Virus record (IMG/VR): IMGVR_UViG_3300020477_000990
Span: 1 to 64,000 of that record
Length of the DNA: 64,000 nt
Strand: one strand, 5' to 3'
Shown here: piece after piece, positions 8,367 to 18,131 of the stretch
Position numbering within the stretch: position 1 is the first letter of the stretch
How the letters are laid out: each line of letters starts with the position of its first letter
Position numbers and translations under genes: made by a program
The notes under the pieces: generated by a model
Seen by the model: only the letters and a program-made list of their open reading frames with translations
What the model was told of the DNA's origin: nothing
Database searches by the model: none

Positions 8367-8686
8367 TAACACTTACAGATTCAGCAAAACAACAGATTAT
8401 AGATTTGTGTAAGCAAAATGAAGTAGATGCAGTTAAGCTATCAGTAGAAGGTGGCGGATGTGCAGGCTTTAAGTATGACTGGGGATTTACTAGTAATGAT
8501 AAAATTGCATCAGATGATGAAGTTTTTGAATTAACAGAAGGTAAATTTGTAGTAGATGGTATGAGTGTGATGTATATTGCAGGTACAGAAATAGATTATG
8601 TACGTGAAGTATTTGGTTCACATTTTGAAATTAGAAATCCATCAGCATCATCGTCATGTGGCTGTGGTGAAAGCTTCGGAGTCTAA
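8363..8686 (+). CDS. iscA: A-type Fe-S carrier (IscA/HesB family)
   Basis: GGGCAGFKY and CGCGESF. Confidence 0.92.
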   Translation: MITLTDSAKQQIIDLCKQNEVDAVKLSVEGGGCAGFKYDWGFTSNDKIASDDEVFELTEGKFVVDGMSVMYIAGTEIDYVREVFGSHFEIRNPSASSSCGCGESFGV

Positions 8687-8687
8687 T

Positions 8688-8927
8688 ATGTCTGACATTA
8701 AAAATGTTTTTGAACGTCCTGATCTAGATGATGAAAGTTTAGTACAACTAGTTAGAAGTATTCAACAAAAATTGGCTTACATTGAAAAGACAGGTGGTTA
8801 TACATCAGCTCATGAGCAAATGAGAAGACAGTTAGATTTTTTACTAATAGAATTAAATACTCGTCAAAATAAAAAAGAAAGTGATGTAGTATTAAATGAA
8901 AAGCCATTTATAATTGGTGAGGAGTAA
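8688..8927 (+). CDS. Hypothetical protein
   Basis: ATG just after the iscA stop. Confidence 0.55.
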   Translation: MSDIKNVFERPDLDDESLVQLVRSIQQKLAYIEKTGGYTSAHEQMRRQLDFLLIELNTRQNKKESDVVLNEKPFIIGEE

Positions 8928-8931
8928 CTTT

Positions 8932-9111
8932 ATGTCAATGAATTTAAATGAACAAAAATTAAAAAGAGAATATGAATATTTAAAAGATAAAGTTGAAGAA
9001 GCAGAAAAAGTAAGAGACTTAAGAAGAGGACCTAATAGTTGGAAAAAATTAAGAACACTTAAAAAATTAAAATTAAATATAAAAGATAGGTTAGCACAAT
9101 TAGAAAGATAA
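8932..9111 (+). CDS. Small coiled-coil protein (DUF465-like)
   Basis: GAGGAG RBS; LKKLKLNIKDRL C-terminus. Confidence 0.55.
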   Translation: MSMNLNEQKLKREYEYLKDKVEEAEKVRDLRRGPNSWKKLRTLKKLKLNIKDRLAQLER

Positions 9112-9112
9112 A

Positions 9113-9532
9113 ATGGGTAAAAAACCAAAGTCGAATACAAAAACGTCATATACATCTAAAGGTGGCCTTGGCGGAAGAGTAGGACGCAAAACCCGTAACA
9201 TGATGAGACGTGCAAGACGTTCAGGTGAATTAACAGATGAATCAGTTATGAGAGGTTGGGTAGCTAGAGAAAAATATTGGAAAGAGTTATCAACAAGACG
9301 TGATCAAAAATCAAAAGATAGATATGCCAAATGGGCAGAGGAAGAAAAAATTAAATTAGAGGCTAGTAAATTACATAGAACATATAAGCCTGCAGGTTGT
9401 ACTTATGGCGCCTGTGTTCAAGCATTGAAAACTAATTATTTGTCACAATTTACAGAAAAGTGGAATAAACAATTAGGCGAAACTTCAGGCGGAAATATAC
9501 ATTATGGAAGACAGCGAAGACGACCTTCATAG
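9113..9532 (+). CDS. Basic hypothetical protein
   Basis: ORF in operon. Confidence 0.6.
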   Translation: MGKKPKSNTKTSYTSKGGLGGRVGRKTRNMMRRARRSGELTDESVMRGWVAREKYWKELSTRRDQKSKDRYAKWAEEEKIKLEASKLHRTYKPAGCTYGACVQALKTNYLSQFTEKWNKQLGETSGGNIHYGRQRRRPS

Positions 9533-9761
9533 TCAGCCGCGGGAAAGTCTTTCTGAGAAAGTCGTTCTTCCCCCGGCCAAGCTAAAAAAGAGAGTCAATT
9601 ACATTCTCCAAAAATTAATAATTGAGCATTCACCCAAAGAAGTTGTTGATTATCTATTTGACTTTATTAACCAAAATTATAAAGGTGATAAAAGAATAGA
9701 TGTAGCACTTAAAGAATTTTTAGAAAAACAAGAAAACAATAAAGACATTGACAATTCCTAG
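9504..9761 (+). CDS. Hypothetical protein
   Basis: ORF in operon. Confidence 0.5.
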   Translation: MEDSEDDLHSQPRESLSEKVVLPPAKLKKRVNYILQKLIIEHSPKEVVDYLFDFINQNYKGDKRIDVALKEFLEKQENNKDIDNS

Positions 9762-9776
9762 AATTTAATATATAAT
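9748..9776 (+). promoter_or_regulatory. Sigma70-type early promoter
   Basis: TTGACA-N17-TATAAT. Confidence 0.8.
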
Positions 9777-9785
9777 TTGGTTATA

Positions 9786-10325
9786 ATGATTGATACTGGA
9801 AGAATTACAAATATAAATGAATATGGTGAACCGGTTGTTAATTGTAATGACCTAGTTGAATTAATATATCAAGGTAAAACAATAGACAATTTAAAAGTAA
9901 ATGATAAGCGAATTGACTTATATAATACTGTAATTTCTGATTTAAATATTGATTGGCCAGAAATTAAAAAATTATCTAAGATAGATATTTCTGTAAAAGA
10001 TTATGATACTGCTCTACAATCAGATTGGTATATGCCAGATGAATATAAAAAACTTGATGTAGTATCACATATAAAATCATTAGCAAAATCAGATGAAGAG
10101 ATAAAAAGAGTTGACACAGAGCTTGAATTATATGTAAAATATGATTTGTTAAATGTATTAAGATTTTTAGTATATTTAATTAAAATAATGAGAGATAATA
10201 ATATTGTATGGGGAGTTGGAAGAGGATCATCAGTTTCATCATATGTATTATATTTGATAGGAATTCATAAAGTAAATTCTATTAAATATGGCTTAGATAT
10301 AGGTGAATTTTTAAAAGATAAATAA
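9786..10325 (+). CDS. Stand-alone fragment of DNA polymerase III alpha (DnaE)
   Basis: RVDTELEL...WGVGRGSSVSSYVLYLIGIHKV...EFL matches the DnaE GRGS region; no DxD catalytic motif. Confidence 0.8.
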   Translation: MIDTGRITNINEYGEPVVNCNDLVELIYQGKTIDNLKVNDKRIDLYNTVISDLNIDWPEIKKLSKIDISVKDYDTALQSDWYMPDEYKKLDVVSHIKSLAKSDEEIKRVDTELELYVKYDLLNVLRFLVYLIKIMRDNNIVWGVGRGSSVSSYVLYLIGIHKVNSIKYGLDIGEFLKDK

Positions 10326-10343
10326 TTATATAGGAGTTTTATT

Positions 10344-10721
10344 ATGGCAACTAGAAGAACAAATCAAGGTCAAACTTTAGATATGGAAGGTCTTGCTTTA
10401 AGAAATGAAAAAGCTGTAGCAGTAGGAAATATGAATACTAATGCTAGAGGCGATAAACTTGATGCAGATGGTAATATAGTTAAAACTAAAACTGAACAAG
10501 CACAGGCTTATTATGCAAATAATCCAAAAGCAGTTGTGAAAACAGTTAGTATTAAAGATGCTATTGATCCAGTTCAAACTAAAAAAATGGAAAGTGCACC
10601 AGTACAAAAAGCAAAACCAAAAGCACCTAAGGCAAAACCAGCACCAGCACAAAAGGTAAAGAAAACTGTTGAAGTTGAATTACCAAATGGTGATATTGAA
10701 CTTAGAGAAATAGAAGAATAA
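10344..10721 (+). CDS. Hypothetical late protein
   Basis: GATAAATA at 10317, AGGAG RBS; AVGNMNTNARGD. Confidence 0.7.
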   Translation: MATRRTNQGQTLDMEGLALRNEKAVAVGNMNTNARGDKLDADGNIVKTKTEQAQAYYANNPKAVVKTVSIKDAIDPVQTKKMESAPVQKAKPKAPKAKPAPAQKVKKTVEVELPNGDIELREIEE

Positions 10722-10723
10722 AA

Positions 10724-11104
10724 ATGGCTCACAGAATATATGGGAAAATAATACCCATAAAAGAAAAAATATTGGTAAAACATATTGATAAGGGCGAAAG
10801 AAAAACAGCAGGTGGACTTATTCTACCATCTAGCGATGAAGTTGCAGATGGTGGGTCAGGAGTAAGACCTCGCTGGGCTCAAGTTTATGCAGTTGGTCCG
10901 AAAGTAGATTATTTACATGAAGGCCAATGGGTTTTAATGGATCATGGACGTTGGACAAATTCAATAGAACTTGATGACGGAAACGAAGTTTTTGATTTAA
11001 GGATTTGCGATGCAGACGGAATTCTTGGAGTTCAGGACGAAAAACCTTCAGGAATTGTTTCAGTAGGAATTGAAAATCCTGGCCACGGCCCACACACAAT
11101 TTAA
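10724..11104 (+). CDS. groES: GroES-like co-chaperonin
   Basis: P..EKILVK...KTAGGLILP...VYAVGP. Confidence 0.82.
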   Translation: MAHRIYGKIIPIKEKILVKHIDKGERKTAGGLILPSSDEVADGGSGVRPRWAQVYAVGPKVDYLHEGQWVLMDHGRWTNSIELDDGNEVFDLRICDADGILGVQDEKPSGIVSVGIENPGHGPHTI

Positions 11105-11108
11105 TCAT

Positions 11109-11137
11109 TTGACAAAACATCATTTATATACTATACT
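11109..11137 (+). promoter_or_regulatory. Sigma70-type early promoter
   Basis: TTGACA-N17-TATACT. Confidence 0.75.
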
Positions 11138-11184
11138 ATACGTTGTATGCGTAAGCTCTGGAATATATTAATAGGCGGGAAATA

Positions 11185-12111
11185 ATGAAAGAATTATGGG
11201 TAGAAAAGTATAGACCTAAAAAAGTAAAGGAATATGTTTTTCGCGATGAAAAACAGGAACGACAAGTTCAAAGTTGGATTGATTCAAAAGCAATACCTCA
11301 TTTAATGTTTAGTGGTGATCCTGGTACAGGTAAAACTACTTTAGCAAAATTGTTGTTGCATGAACTTGAAGTTGATAGAGGTGATATATTAGAAATAAAT
11401 GCATCTAATGAAAATAGTGTAGATGTAATGCGTGAAAAGATTACAAACTTTTCACAAACAATGCCATTTGGTGATTTTAAATATGTATTGTTAGATGAAG
11501 CAGATTATATTACACCAAACGGACAAGCAATATTGCGTGGACTTATGGAACAGTTTGCGTCAACGTGTAGATTCATATTAACTTGTAATTGGGAAAGAAG
11601 AATTATTCCAGCAATTCATTCAAGATGTCAAGGCTTTCATATAAAACAATTAGATAAAACAATGTTTTCAGTAAGAGCAGGCGAAGTTATGGCAAATGAA
11701 GGTGTTGAGTTTGATATGGATACATTAGACATATATGTTAAAGCAAATTATCCAGATTTAAGAAAATGTATTAATACTTGTCAGATGAATTCACAAACAG
11801 GTAAGTTAGAAAAACCTGAAGATGGTGATCTTACAGAAGGTAATTTAGAAATCACTTATGTAGCAATGTTTCAAAATGGTGACATTGAAAAAGCTAGAAA
11901 ATATATAGTTGAAAATGCAGATCAAAATCAGTATGATAATATATATAGAAAGATGTATGAGAACTTAGAATGGTTCGGAGATACACAAGAAAAACAAAAT
12001 AGAGCATTATTGGCAATTCGTGAAGGACTAGTAAATCACGCAGTTGTAGTAGATCCAGAGATTAATTTAGCGGCAACTATGGTCGAATTAGAAGTAATTC
12101 GAAATAAATAG
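11185..12111 (+). CDS. Clamp loader AAA+ subunit (RFC small/gp44-like)
   Basis: WVEKYRP, GDPGTGKT, LDEAD, SRC. Confidence 0.93.
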   Translation: MKELWVEKYRPKKVKEYVFRDEKQERQVQSWIDSKAIPHLMFSGDPGTGKTTLAKLLLHELEVDRGDILEINASNENSVDVMREKITNFSQTMPFGDFKYVLLDEADYITPNGQAILRGLMEQFASTCRFILTCNWERRIIPAIHSRCQGFHIKQLDKTMFSVRAGEVMANEGVEFDMDTLDIYVKANYPDLRKCINTCQMNSQTGKLEKPEDGDLTEGNLEITYVAMFQNGDIEKARKYIVENADQNQYDNIYRKMYENLEWFGDTQEKQNRALLAIREGLVNHAVVVDPEINLAATMVELEVIRNK

Positions 12112-12118
12112 TTGTAGT

Positions 12119-12439
12119 ATGAGCAAGAATAAAGGGCACTTCATAGTTTTCCAACATAGTTATATGCCTGCAGAAGGGGCCAATACTTCTATGAAAAATT
12201 TTGGTACTGAAGGAAAATGGAGAGTGCAAGAATATGTTTATTTTGTTGACAAATTAAAAACAAGACATTGGGATTCATCCACAGTTATAGTTGATTATGA
12301 TAATTGGAAAGTGTTAAAAGGCCCCTCAGATGGGGAACCAGTTACAGTTCAAGGTATGTTAGATCATATCCAAAAACATTATCCAAAACAGTTTGCAGAA
12401 TTTATGAATTTAGTTAGAGATGTTAAGCCAAAAAAATAA
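12119..12439 (+). CDS. Hypothetical protein
   Basis: ORF after clamp loader. Confidence 0.65.
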   Translation: MSKNKGHFIVFQHSYMPAEGANTSMKNFGTEGKWRVQEYVYFVDKLKTRHWDSSTVIVDYDNWKVLKGPSDGEPVTVQGMLDHIQKHYPKQFAEFMNLVRDVKPKK

Positions 12440-12440
12440 C

Positions 12441-12469
12441 TTTACAAAAACAAAAAATCGTTATATAAT
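12441..12469 (+). promoter_or_regulatory. Sigma70-type promoter giving a leaderless transcript
   Basis: TTTACA-N17-TATAAT; ATG 6 nt later, no SD. Confidence 0.7.
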
Positions 12470-12475
12470 AAAAAA

Positions 12476-13582
12476 ATGAAGATTTGGTTAATAGATTTAG
12501 AATCAGTTGAAACAAGATATACTTGCCAATGGAAGAGCCACGTTCCTACATTATTATTACTACAAGGCTATGAAGTAGAAATAGTTGGTGGTGCAAGAGA
12601 TATACCTCCTGCAACTACACCAGGTGCATTTTTAAACTTTGGTGGAACTAACATTTATAAATCAACGCAAATAGAAAAAGTTGCTAGGGCATTTACTGAA
12701 GGTAGAGTAAGTGCAGGTGATCATTTTATTTTTACTGACGCTTGGCATCCTGGTGTTATACAATTAAAATATATGAGTGAATTATTAGGTATTAAAATTG
12801 TAACACATGGTTTATGGCACGCCGGCAGTTATGATCCAGCAGACTTTTTAGGTAGACTTATTGGTGATGAACCGTGGGTAAGATATGCAGAACAATCTAT
12901 GTTTGAGTGTTTTGATCATAATTATTTTGCAAGTGATTTTCATATTGATATGTTTGGTAAAACTTTTGACAATGCAATGAATCATGTTGGACTTACACCA
13001 CAAGCAAAAAATAAAAAAATTGTACGTACTGGATGGCCAATGGAATATTTAAGTGATACACTTAAACCTTATAATGGAGCAGAAAAAGAAAATATTATTT
13101 TATTTCCACATAGAATTGCACCAGAGAAACAACCTGACATATTTAAAGATTTAGCAACAGCATTACCAGAATATAAATTTATAGTTTGTCAAGAACAACA
13201 ATTATCAAAAGATGAATATCATAAATTATTAGCAAAATCTAAAATGGTGTTTAGTGCTAACTTACAAGAAACATTAGGGATATCACCGTATGAAGGTTTA
13301 CTAGTAGGATCAATGCCACTAGTACCAGATAGATTAAGTTATACAGAAATGTATGATGCAGATTGGAAATATCCGTCAGAGTATACTGAAACATGGGATG
13401 GTTATATAACAAATAAACAAGCATTAGTATCAATTATTAAATCAGATATGGAAAGCTATGTAGATAAACTTCCTAAATTACTTAAATTGGAACAAAATTT
13501 AACTAAAAATTACTTCTCTGCAAATAATCTTTTAAATACTATAAAGGATTATGTAAATGAGGAAGAAAAAGAAAAAGTTTGA
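12476..13582 (+). CDS. GT-B fold glycosyltransferase
   Basis: FPHRIAPEKQP and QETLGISPYEG...PLVPDRLSYTE (GT4-like EX7E). Confidence 0.78.
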   Translation: MKIWLIDLESVETRYTCQWKSHVPTLLLLQGYEVEIVGGARDIPPATTPGAFLNFGGTNIYKSTQIEKVARAFTEGRVSAGDHFIFTDAWHPGVIQLKYMSELLGIKIVTHGLWHAGSYDPADFLGRLIGDEPWVRYAEQSMFECFDHNYFASDFHIDMFGKTFDNAMNHVGLTPQAKNKKIVRTGWPMEYLSDTLKPYNGAEKENIILFPHRIAPEKQPDIFKDLATALPEYKFIVCQEQQLSKDEYHKLLAKSKMVFSANLQETLGISPYEGLLVGSMPLVPDRLSYTEMYDADWKYPSEYTETWDGYITNKQALVSIIKSDMESYVDKLPKLLKLEQNLTKNYFSANNLLNTIKDYVNEEEKEKV

Positions 13583-13859
13583 AGTAGAATTTGATATGGA
13601 AAGTGAAAGTAGGTTACCTGAATATATCTCATGGGAAGAAGAAGAGGTTATGTATGAACTTGCTAAATTTTTTCGTACAAAAATAAAAAATGGCCAATAT
13701 AGAGTAACTATGGCAGAAATAGTAGAAAAGTTTGGACATATTCCTGAACCTCATATGTATAATCAAATATTTGAAATAGCGGAAAGTCTTAATCATCCTG
13801 CATCTGGAATTACCCATAAAGGAAAGTATTATCCTTTAGGAAATTCTACTATACACTAA
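13557..13859 (+). CDS. Hypothetical protein
   Basis: ORF overlapping the GT end. Confidence 0.55.
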   Translation: MRKKKKKFEVEFDMESESRLPEYISWEEEEVMYELAKFFRTKIKNGQYRVTMAEIVEKFGHIPEPHMYNQIFEIAESLNHPASGITHKGKYYPLGNSTIH

Positions 13860-13870
13860 TAAAAAAATAC

Positions 13871-13936
13871 TTGCATTTTAAATCTAAAATTGTTATAATA
13901 AACTTTATAGGCAACCCACTGCCTTAACATCGGGAG
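13871..13936 (+). promoter_or_regulatory. folE promoter plus leader hairpin/pseudoknot candidate
   Basis: TTGCAT-N17-TATAAT with extended -10; AGGCA-ACCCAC-TGCCT then TAACATCGGGAG. Confidence 0.6.
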
Positions 13937-13943
13937 AACATGA

Positions 13944-14618
13944 ATGAGTGTAAGTGAAGATATTAAAAAAAGATTAAAAGAAGCAGGGAAGAGATTTCAT
14001 TGTAATGATAATATATCAGAATATATTAAAGAAGGTGAAATTGCACAAATACAAGAAGAAGTAGAAGAAAAAATGCAAGGAGTTTTGAATAGCCTTGTTA
14101 TTGACACAGCCAACGATCATAACACAAAAGATACAGCAAGGCGTGTAGCTAAAATGTACGTCAACGAAGTTTTTGGTGGTAGGTTTAATCCACCTCCAAG
14201 AGTTACAACTTTTCCAAATATGGGATACAAAAGTTTGTACACTAGTGGGCCAATTTCAATTAAATCAACCTGTGCCCATCATTTTCAAAATATAGTAGGT
14301 AATTGTTGGGTAGGCATTGTACCAAATGGTGAAGTTATTGGTTTGAGTAAGTTTAATCGTATAGTTCATCATATAGCAGAACGTCCACAAATACAAGAAG
14401 AAATGACATCGCAAATTGCAGATGAATTACAGAAGTATGCGAAAACAGAAAATATAGCAGTTGTAGTAAAAGCAGAGCATCATTGCATGACACATAGAGG
14501 TGTTAGGGAACATGAATCTGATATGACCACAGCAATTATGGAAGGCGGTTTTAGAGATAATGAAGCACTTAGACAAGAGTTTTATAATTTAATGCTGAAT
14601 ATGAAGGGTCATGAATAA
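13944..14618 (+). CDS. folE: GTP cyclohydrolase I
   Basis: STCAHHF, IGLSKFNR, RPQIQEE, HHCMTHRGV. Confidence 0.95.
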   Translation: MSVSEDIKKRLKEAGKRFHCNDNISEYIKEGEIAQIQEEVEEKMQGVLNSLVIDTANDHNTKDTARRVAKMYVNEVFGGRFNPPPRVTTFPNMGYKSLYTSGPISIKSTCAHHFQNIVGNCWVGIVPNGEVIGLSKFNRIVHHIAERPQIQEEMTSQIADELQKYAKTENIAVVVKAEHHCMTHRGVREHESDMTTAIMEGGFRDNEALRQEFYNLMLNMKGHE

Positions 14619-14883
14619 ATCGAAATATGTTGCAGAACACAAATTGTTTACATTTCAACCAGCCGAAGATTCTGATTATATTGTTTGGGAAGAAATGGAA
14701 ATTGGTAAAAGAGTAACAAAGTATACTGATTGGTTTAAAAGTAATTCAGTAAATCCAAAAAAATATAATTTTAAAAAATATATAAATGAAGGCAATGGAT
14801 TTGAAAGTATTGTTGAAGGTCATGTTACAGTTCAAATCTTTGATAAAAAAATTGATACACTATTTAGGTTAACTTGGTTATGA
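14611..14883 (+). CDS. Hypothetical protein
   Basis: Overlaps the folE stop. Confidence 0.55.
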   Translation: MNKSKYVAEHKLFTFQPAEDSDYIVWEEMEIGKRVTKYTDWFKSNSVNPKKYNFKKYINEGNGFESIVEGHVTVQIFDKKIDTLFRLTWL

Positions 14884-15167
14884 TGCAAAAAGTAAAAAAG
14901 TTGTTTATAGAATCTTATCAAGAAAGCCCATTTTCGTTTTGGTGTGAAACAATTGAAACTATATTATTAGTTGGTGCAAGTGCTGTTTTAACTTTTACTA
15001 TATTAGAACCAGCTACTTGGATATTTGTTCCAATGTATTTGGTTGGGTCAGCATTAGGAATAATTAGTTCAGTTATACGTAAAGCGGCTATGGTAATTTT
15101 TTTATGTAGTTGGTTTACACTTATGAATTTAATTGCTTTAATAGTTTTAATTATGGATGTAATATGA
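14880..15167 (+). CDS. Small 3-TM membrane protein
   Basis: Hydrophobic segments. Confidence 0.65.
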   Translation: MMQKVKKLFIESYQESPFSFWCETIETILLVGASAVLTFTILEPATWIFVPMYLVGSALGIISSVIRKAAMVIFLCSWFTLMNLIALIVLIMDVI

Positions 15168-15682
15168 AGGTAGGAATAACATTCTCAACATTTGATTTAT
15201 TTCATTCTGGTCATGTGTTAATGTTAAAAGAAGCAAAAGAAAGTTGTGATCATTTAATTGCGGCTATACAAACAGACCCAACTATTGATAGACCTGGAAC
15301 AAAAAATAAGCCAGTACAGTCTATTGTTGAAAGGCAAATACAAGTTAACGGTTGCAAATACGTTGATTCTATAGTAGTATATGAGAGTGAAAAGGATGTC
15401 GAAGACATTTTAAAAAGTACTAAAATTGATGTTAGGATTTTAGGAATTGAGTATAAGGATAAAGAATTTACAGGCAAAAGTATTTGCAAAGAAAAAGGAA
15501 TAGAATTAGTGTTTAATAGTAGAGATCATGATTGGAGTACTACAGAATTACGTAACAGGATAGGAAATGTTATGCCAAAAAAGTCTGAATCGTCTAGTCC
15601 TGGAAAGACATTTGATGAAAAAATGGATGAAGAATTTAAAGATTTAAGTTTTTTAAAATACAAATATAAAGGGAATGTATGA
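15164..15682 (+). CDS. Cytidylyltransferase (TagD-like, HxGH)
   Basis: FSTFDLFHSGH...WSTTELR. Confidence 0.88.
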   Translation: MKVGITFSTFDLFHSGHVLMLKEAKESCDHLIAAIQTDPTIDRPGTKNKPVQSIVERQIQVNGCKYVDSIVVYESEKDVEDILKSTKIDVRILGIEYKDKEFTGKSICKEKGIELVFNSRDHDWSTTELRNRIGNVMPKKSESSSPGKTFDEKMDEEFKDLSFLKYKYKGNV

Positions 15683-16632
15683 TGTACGCAGAAGAGTTAG
15701 TTAACAATTCAATTGGAAGGCAGTATTGGATTTATAAAGATGATGCTTTTTATCAACAAAGAATTGCAAATGCTGGTCCTTATCAAAAACAAAATTTATT
15801 AAGATTGCGAGAATTAAAACCAAATGCAAGAACTATATTAGACGTAGGTATGAATATTGGTATGAATACAATTGAATATGCCACGTGGGCTAAAAAAGTT
15901 CATGGGTTTGAACCAACTAAACAAACATATAATATGGCATTAAAAAATATAATATTGGCTAAAAAACAATTAAATGAAAATATGATTAAGCCATGGTATT
16001 TAAATGGTACTACAAATTTTAATGGAAAGTTTGGAGGATCTTTAGAAATGATAGGTGAAGTTAGTACATATAATCATGGGTTAGGTGATAAGCCAGGACA
16101 ATTTGAAATATTAATTAAAAAAGATAATGCTGGGCACAATCATATAGAAAATATTAATGTGCCGTTAGCTAATGGAAGAAAACGAAGAAGAACAGTTCAA
16201 CCAGAAAAAGAAATTGTAGAAGTTAAAACTTTAGATTCATATAATTTTGAAGATGTTGATATTATTAAAATTGATACAGAAGGTTATGAGTTTCCAGTAG
16301 TAATGGGTGCAGAGCAAACAATTGTTTCACAACGTCCTATTGTACAATTAGAAATGGTTGATGGGCAACCTGAACGTTTTGGATTTAGTTGTCAACAAAT
16401 ATATGATTGGTTTTTATCAAGAGATTTTGTAATTACATTATCTGATGGTACAGATGTTGGTACTAAATGGGAACATTACACTAAAAAAATGGAAAGATTC
16501 TTTATACATAAAAGTTTATTAAATGACGAATATCTTAAAGAAGTTGCAGTTAAAAGAACTAAAACAATACCTAGTAGTGAAGAAAAAAAATTAAAAGAAC
16601 AAATTGAACCAATAATGTTGGCACCGATATGA
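15679..16632 (+). CDS. FkbM-family methyltransferase
   Basis: LDVGMNIG, GFEP, IKIDTEGYE. Confidence 0.87.
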   Translation: MMYAEELVNNSIGRQYWIYKDDAFYQQRIANAGPYQKQNLLRLRELKPNARTILDVGMNIGMNTIEYATWAKKVHGFEPTKQTYNMALKNIILAKKQLNENMIKPWYLNGTTNFNGKFGGSLEMIGEVSTYNHGLGDKPGQFEILIKKDNAGHNHIENINVPLANGRKRRRTVQPEKEIVEVKTLDSYNFEDVDIIKIDTEGYEFPVVMGAEQTIVSQRPIVQLEMVDGQPERFGFSCQQIYDWFLSRDFVITLSDGTDVGTKWEHYTKKMERFFIHKSLLNDEYLKEVAVKRTKTIPSSEEKKLKEQIEPIMLAPI

Positions 16633-17111
16633 AAAAAGAATATTACAATTGGGAAAATATAGAAGATATGATATCTGATGTTGTACAGCAAATTGCTGTA
16701 GATGGAGATAACTTTAAACCAGATTACGTAGTAGGATTAACACGTGGAGGTTTAATACCAGCAACAATGTTAAGTCATTATTATCAAGTGCCAATGCATA
16801 CACTAGAAATTAAATTGCGTGACCATGCAGTTACGCCAGAATCAAATAAATGGATGGCGAAAGATGCAGTTGATGGAAAAAATATTTTAATTGTAGATGA
16901 TATTAATGATACAGGTGATACACTTGCTTGGATTAAACAAGATTGGGGAAAGTCAGGTGAAATAAATTGGCCTGCTAATATTAGATTTGCAGTTTTAGTT
17001 GAAAATGAGCCAAGTAAGTTTGGTGATGTTGATTATGTTTCAAAATTTATTAACAAAAACGAAAATCCTCAATGGATAGTATTTCCATGGGAAGAATGGT
17101 GGGCAATATGA
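16629..17111 (+). CDS. Purine phosphoribosyltransferase (Gpt-like)
   Basis: GLTRGGLIPA, LIVDDINDTGDT, WIVFPWE. Confidence 0.9.
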   Translation: MKKEYYNWENIEDMISDVVQQIAVDGDNFKPDYVVGLTRGGLIPATMLSHYYQVPMHTLEIKLRDHAVTPESNKWMAKDAVDGKNILIVDDINDTGDTLAWIKQDWGKSGEINWPANIRFAVLVENEPSKFGDVDYVSKFINKNENPQWIVFPWEEWWAI

Positions 17112-17551
17112 ATAAATGGAAAGATGAACCATATCCGTGGCACAATGAACCGGTAAACAGATATCCAGATGAATTTAAAGATAGTGTCTGGGCAAGTGGA
17201 GATAGAAAACCAGTTCATGATGAACCATGCTTTGCAGTATATGAAGATAAGTATCCGGTTAAAAAAGGACACTTGTTATATATTCCAAAAACTAAAGATG
17301 CTCCAGGAATGATTGGGTTATGTTTTCAAGAAGCATATCGAAAAGGAATGGAAATGGTCAATGAAGGAAAAATTACAGGATTTAATTTAGGTATGAACTT
17401 TGGAGAGTCAGCAGGTCAAAGTATTTTTTGGCCTCATGTACATTTTATACCAAGAACAGATGGAGATCAAACAGGTCGACCTAAAGGTGTAAGACGTGCA
17501 TATCCAGATGATCCTTATCAACCTGAAAATATGAAAAAGGAAGTGAAGTAA
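17108..17551 (+). CDS. HIT-family nucleotide hydrolase
   Basis: DKYPVKKGHLL...AGQS...PHVHFIPR. Confidence 0.85.
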   Translation: MNKWKDEPYPWHNEPVNRYPDEFKDSVWASGDRKPVHDEPCFAVYEDKYPVKKGHLLYIPKTKDAPGMIGLCFQEAYRKGMEMVNEGKITGFNLGMNFGESAGQSIFWPHVHFIPRTDGDQTGRPKGVRRAYPDDPYQPENMKKEVK

Positions 17552-17552
17552 T

Positions 17553-18083
17553 ATGAACGTAGTAAATGAAATGTACAGAGATAAAGTACCACAAGTAACA
17601 TTTAAAGTTAGAGAAATGTTAACACCAGGTAAGTATGGTTGGAAAGATAAAACAACTGATGATTTTTTTAAAAATAAAACAGTTGTGCTATTTTCGTTAC
17701 CAGGTGCATTTACACCAACTTGTTCGTCTACTCATTTACCTGGATATGAAGAAAAGTATAAAGAACTTAAAAAATATGCTGATGACGTATATTGTATTAG
17801 TGTAAATGATTCATTTGTTATGAACAGTTGGGCAAAAGAGTTAGATTGTCAAAATGTAAAAATGATTCCAGATGGAAATGGCCATTTTACAAAAAAAATG
17901 GGTATGTTAGTTAATAAAGAACATTTAGGATTTGGCCAAAGAAGTTGGAGATATTCAGCATTAGTTAAAAACGGTGCTATAATGAAAATGTTTGTAGAAC
18001 CTGGAAAAAATGATAAAGGCGAAGATTTTGATCCTCTTGAAGTATCAGATGTAGACACAATGTTGGCCTATCTAAAAGGTTGA
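17553..18083 (+). CDS. Peroxiredoxin (Prx5 type)
   Basis: LPGAFTPTCSSTHLPG, SVND, RSWRY. Confidence 0.93.
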   Translation: MNVVNEMYRDKVPQVTFKVREMLTPGKYGWKDKTTDDFFKNKTVVLFSLPGAFTPTCSSTHLPGYEEKYKELKKYADDVYCISVNDSFVMNSWAKELDCQNVKMIPDGNGHFTKKMGMLVNKEHLGFGQRSWRYSALVKNGAIMKMFVEPGKNDKGEDFDPLEVSDVDTMLAYLKG

Positions 18084-18107
18084 CATATTGCCTAAATACT
18101 ATATAAT
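18080..18107 (+). promoter_or_regulatory. Sigma70-type early promoter
   Basis: TTGACA-N16-TATAAT. Confidence 0.7.
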
Positions 18108-18131
18108 ATGTAGTATAATGGATAATATAGT

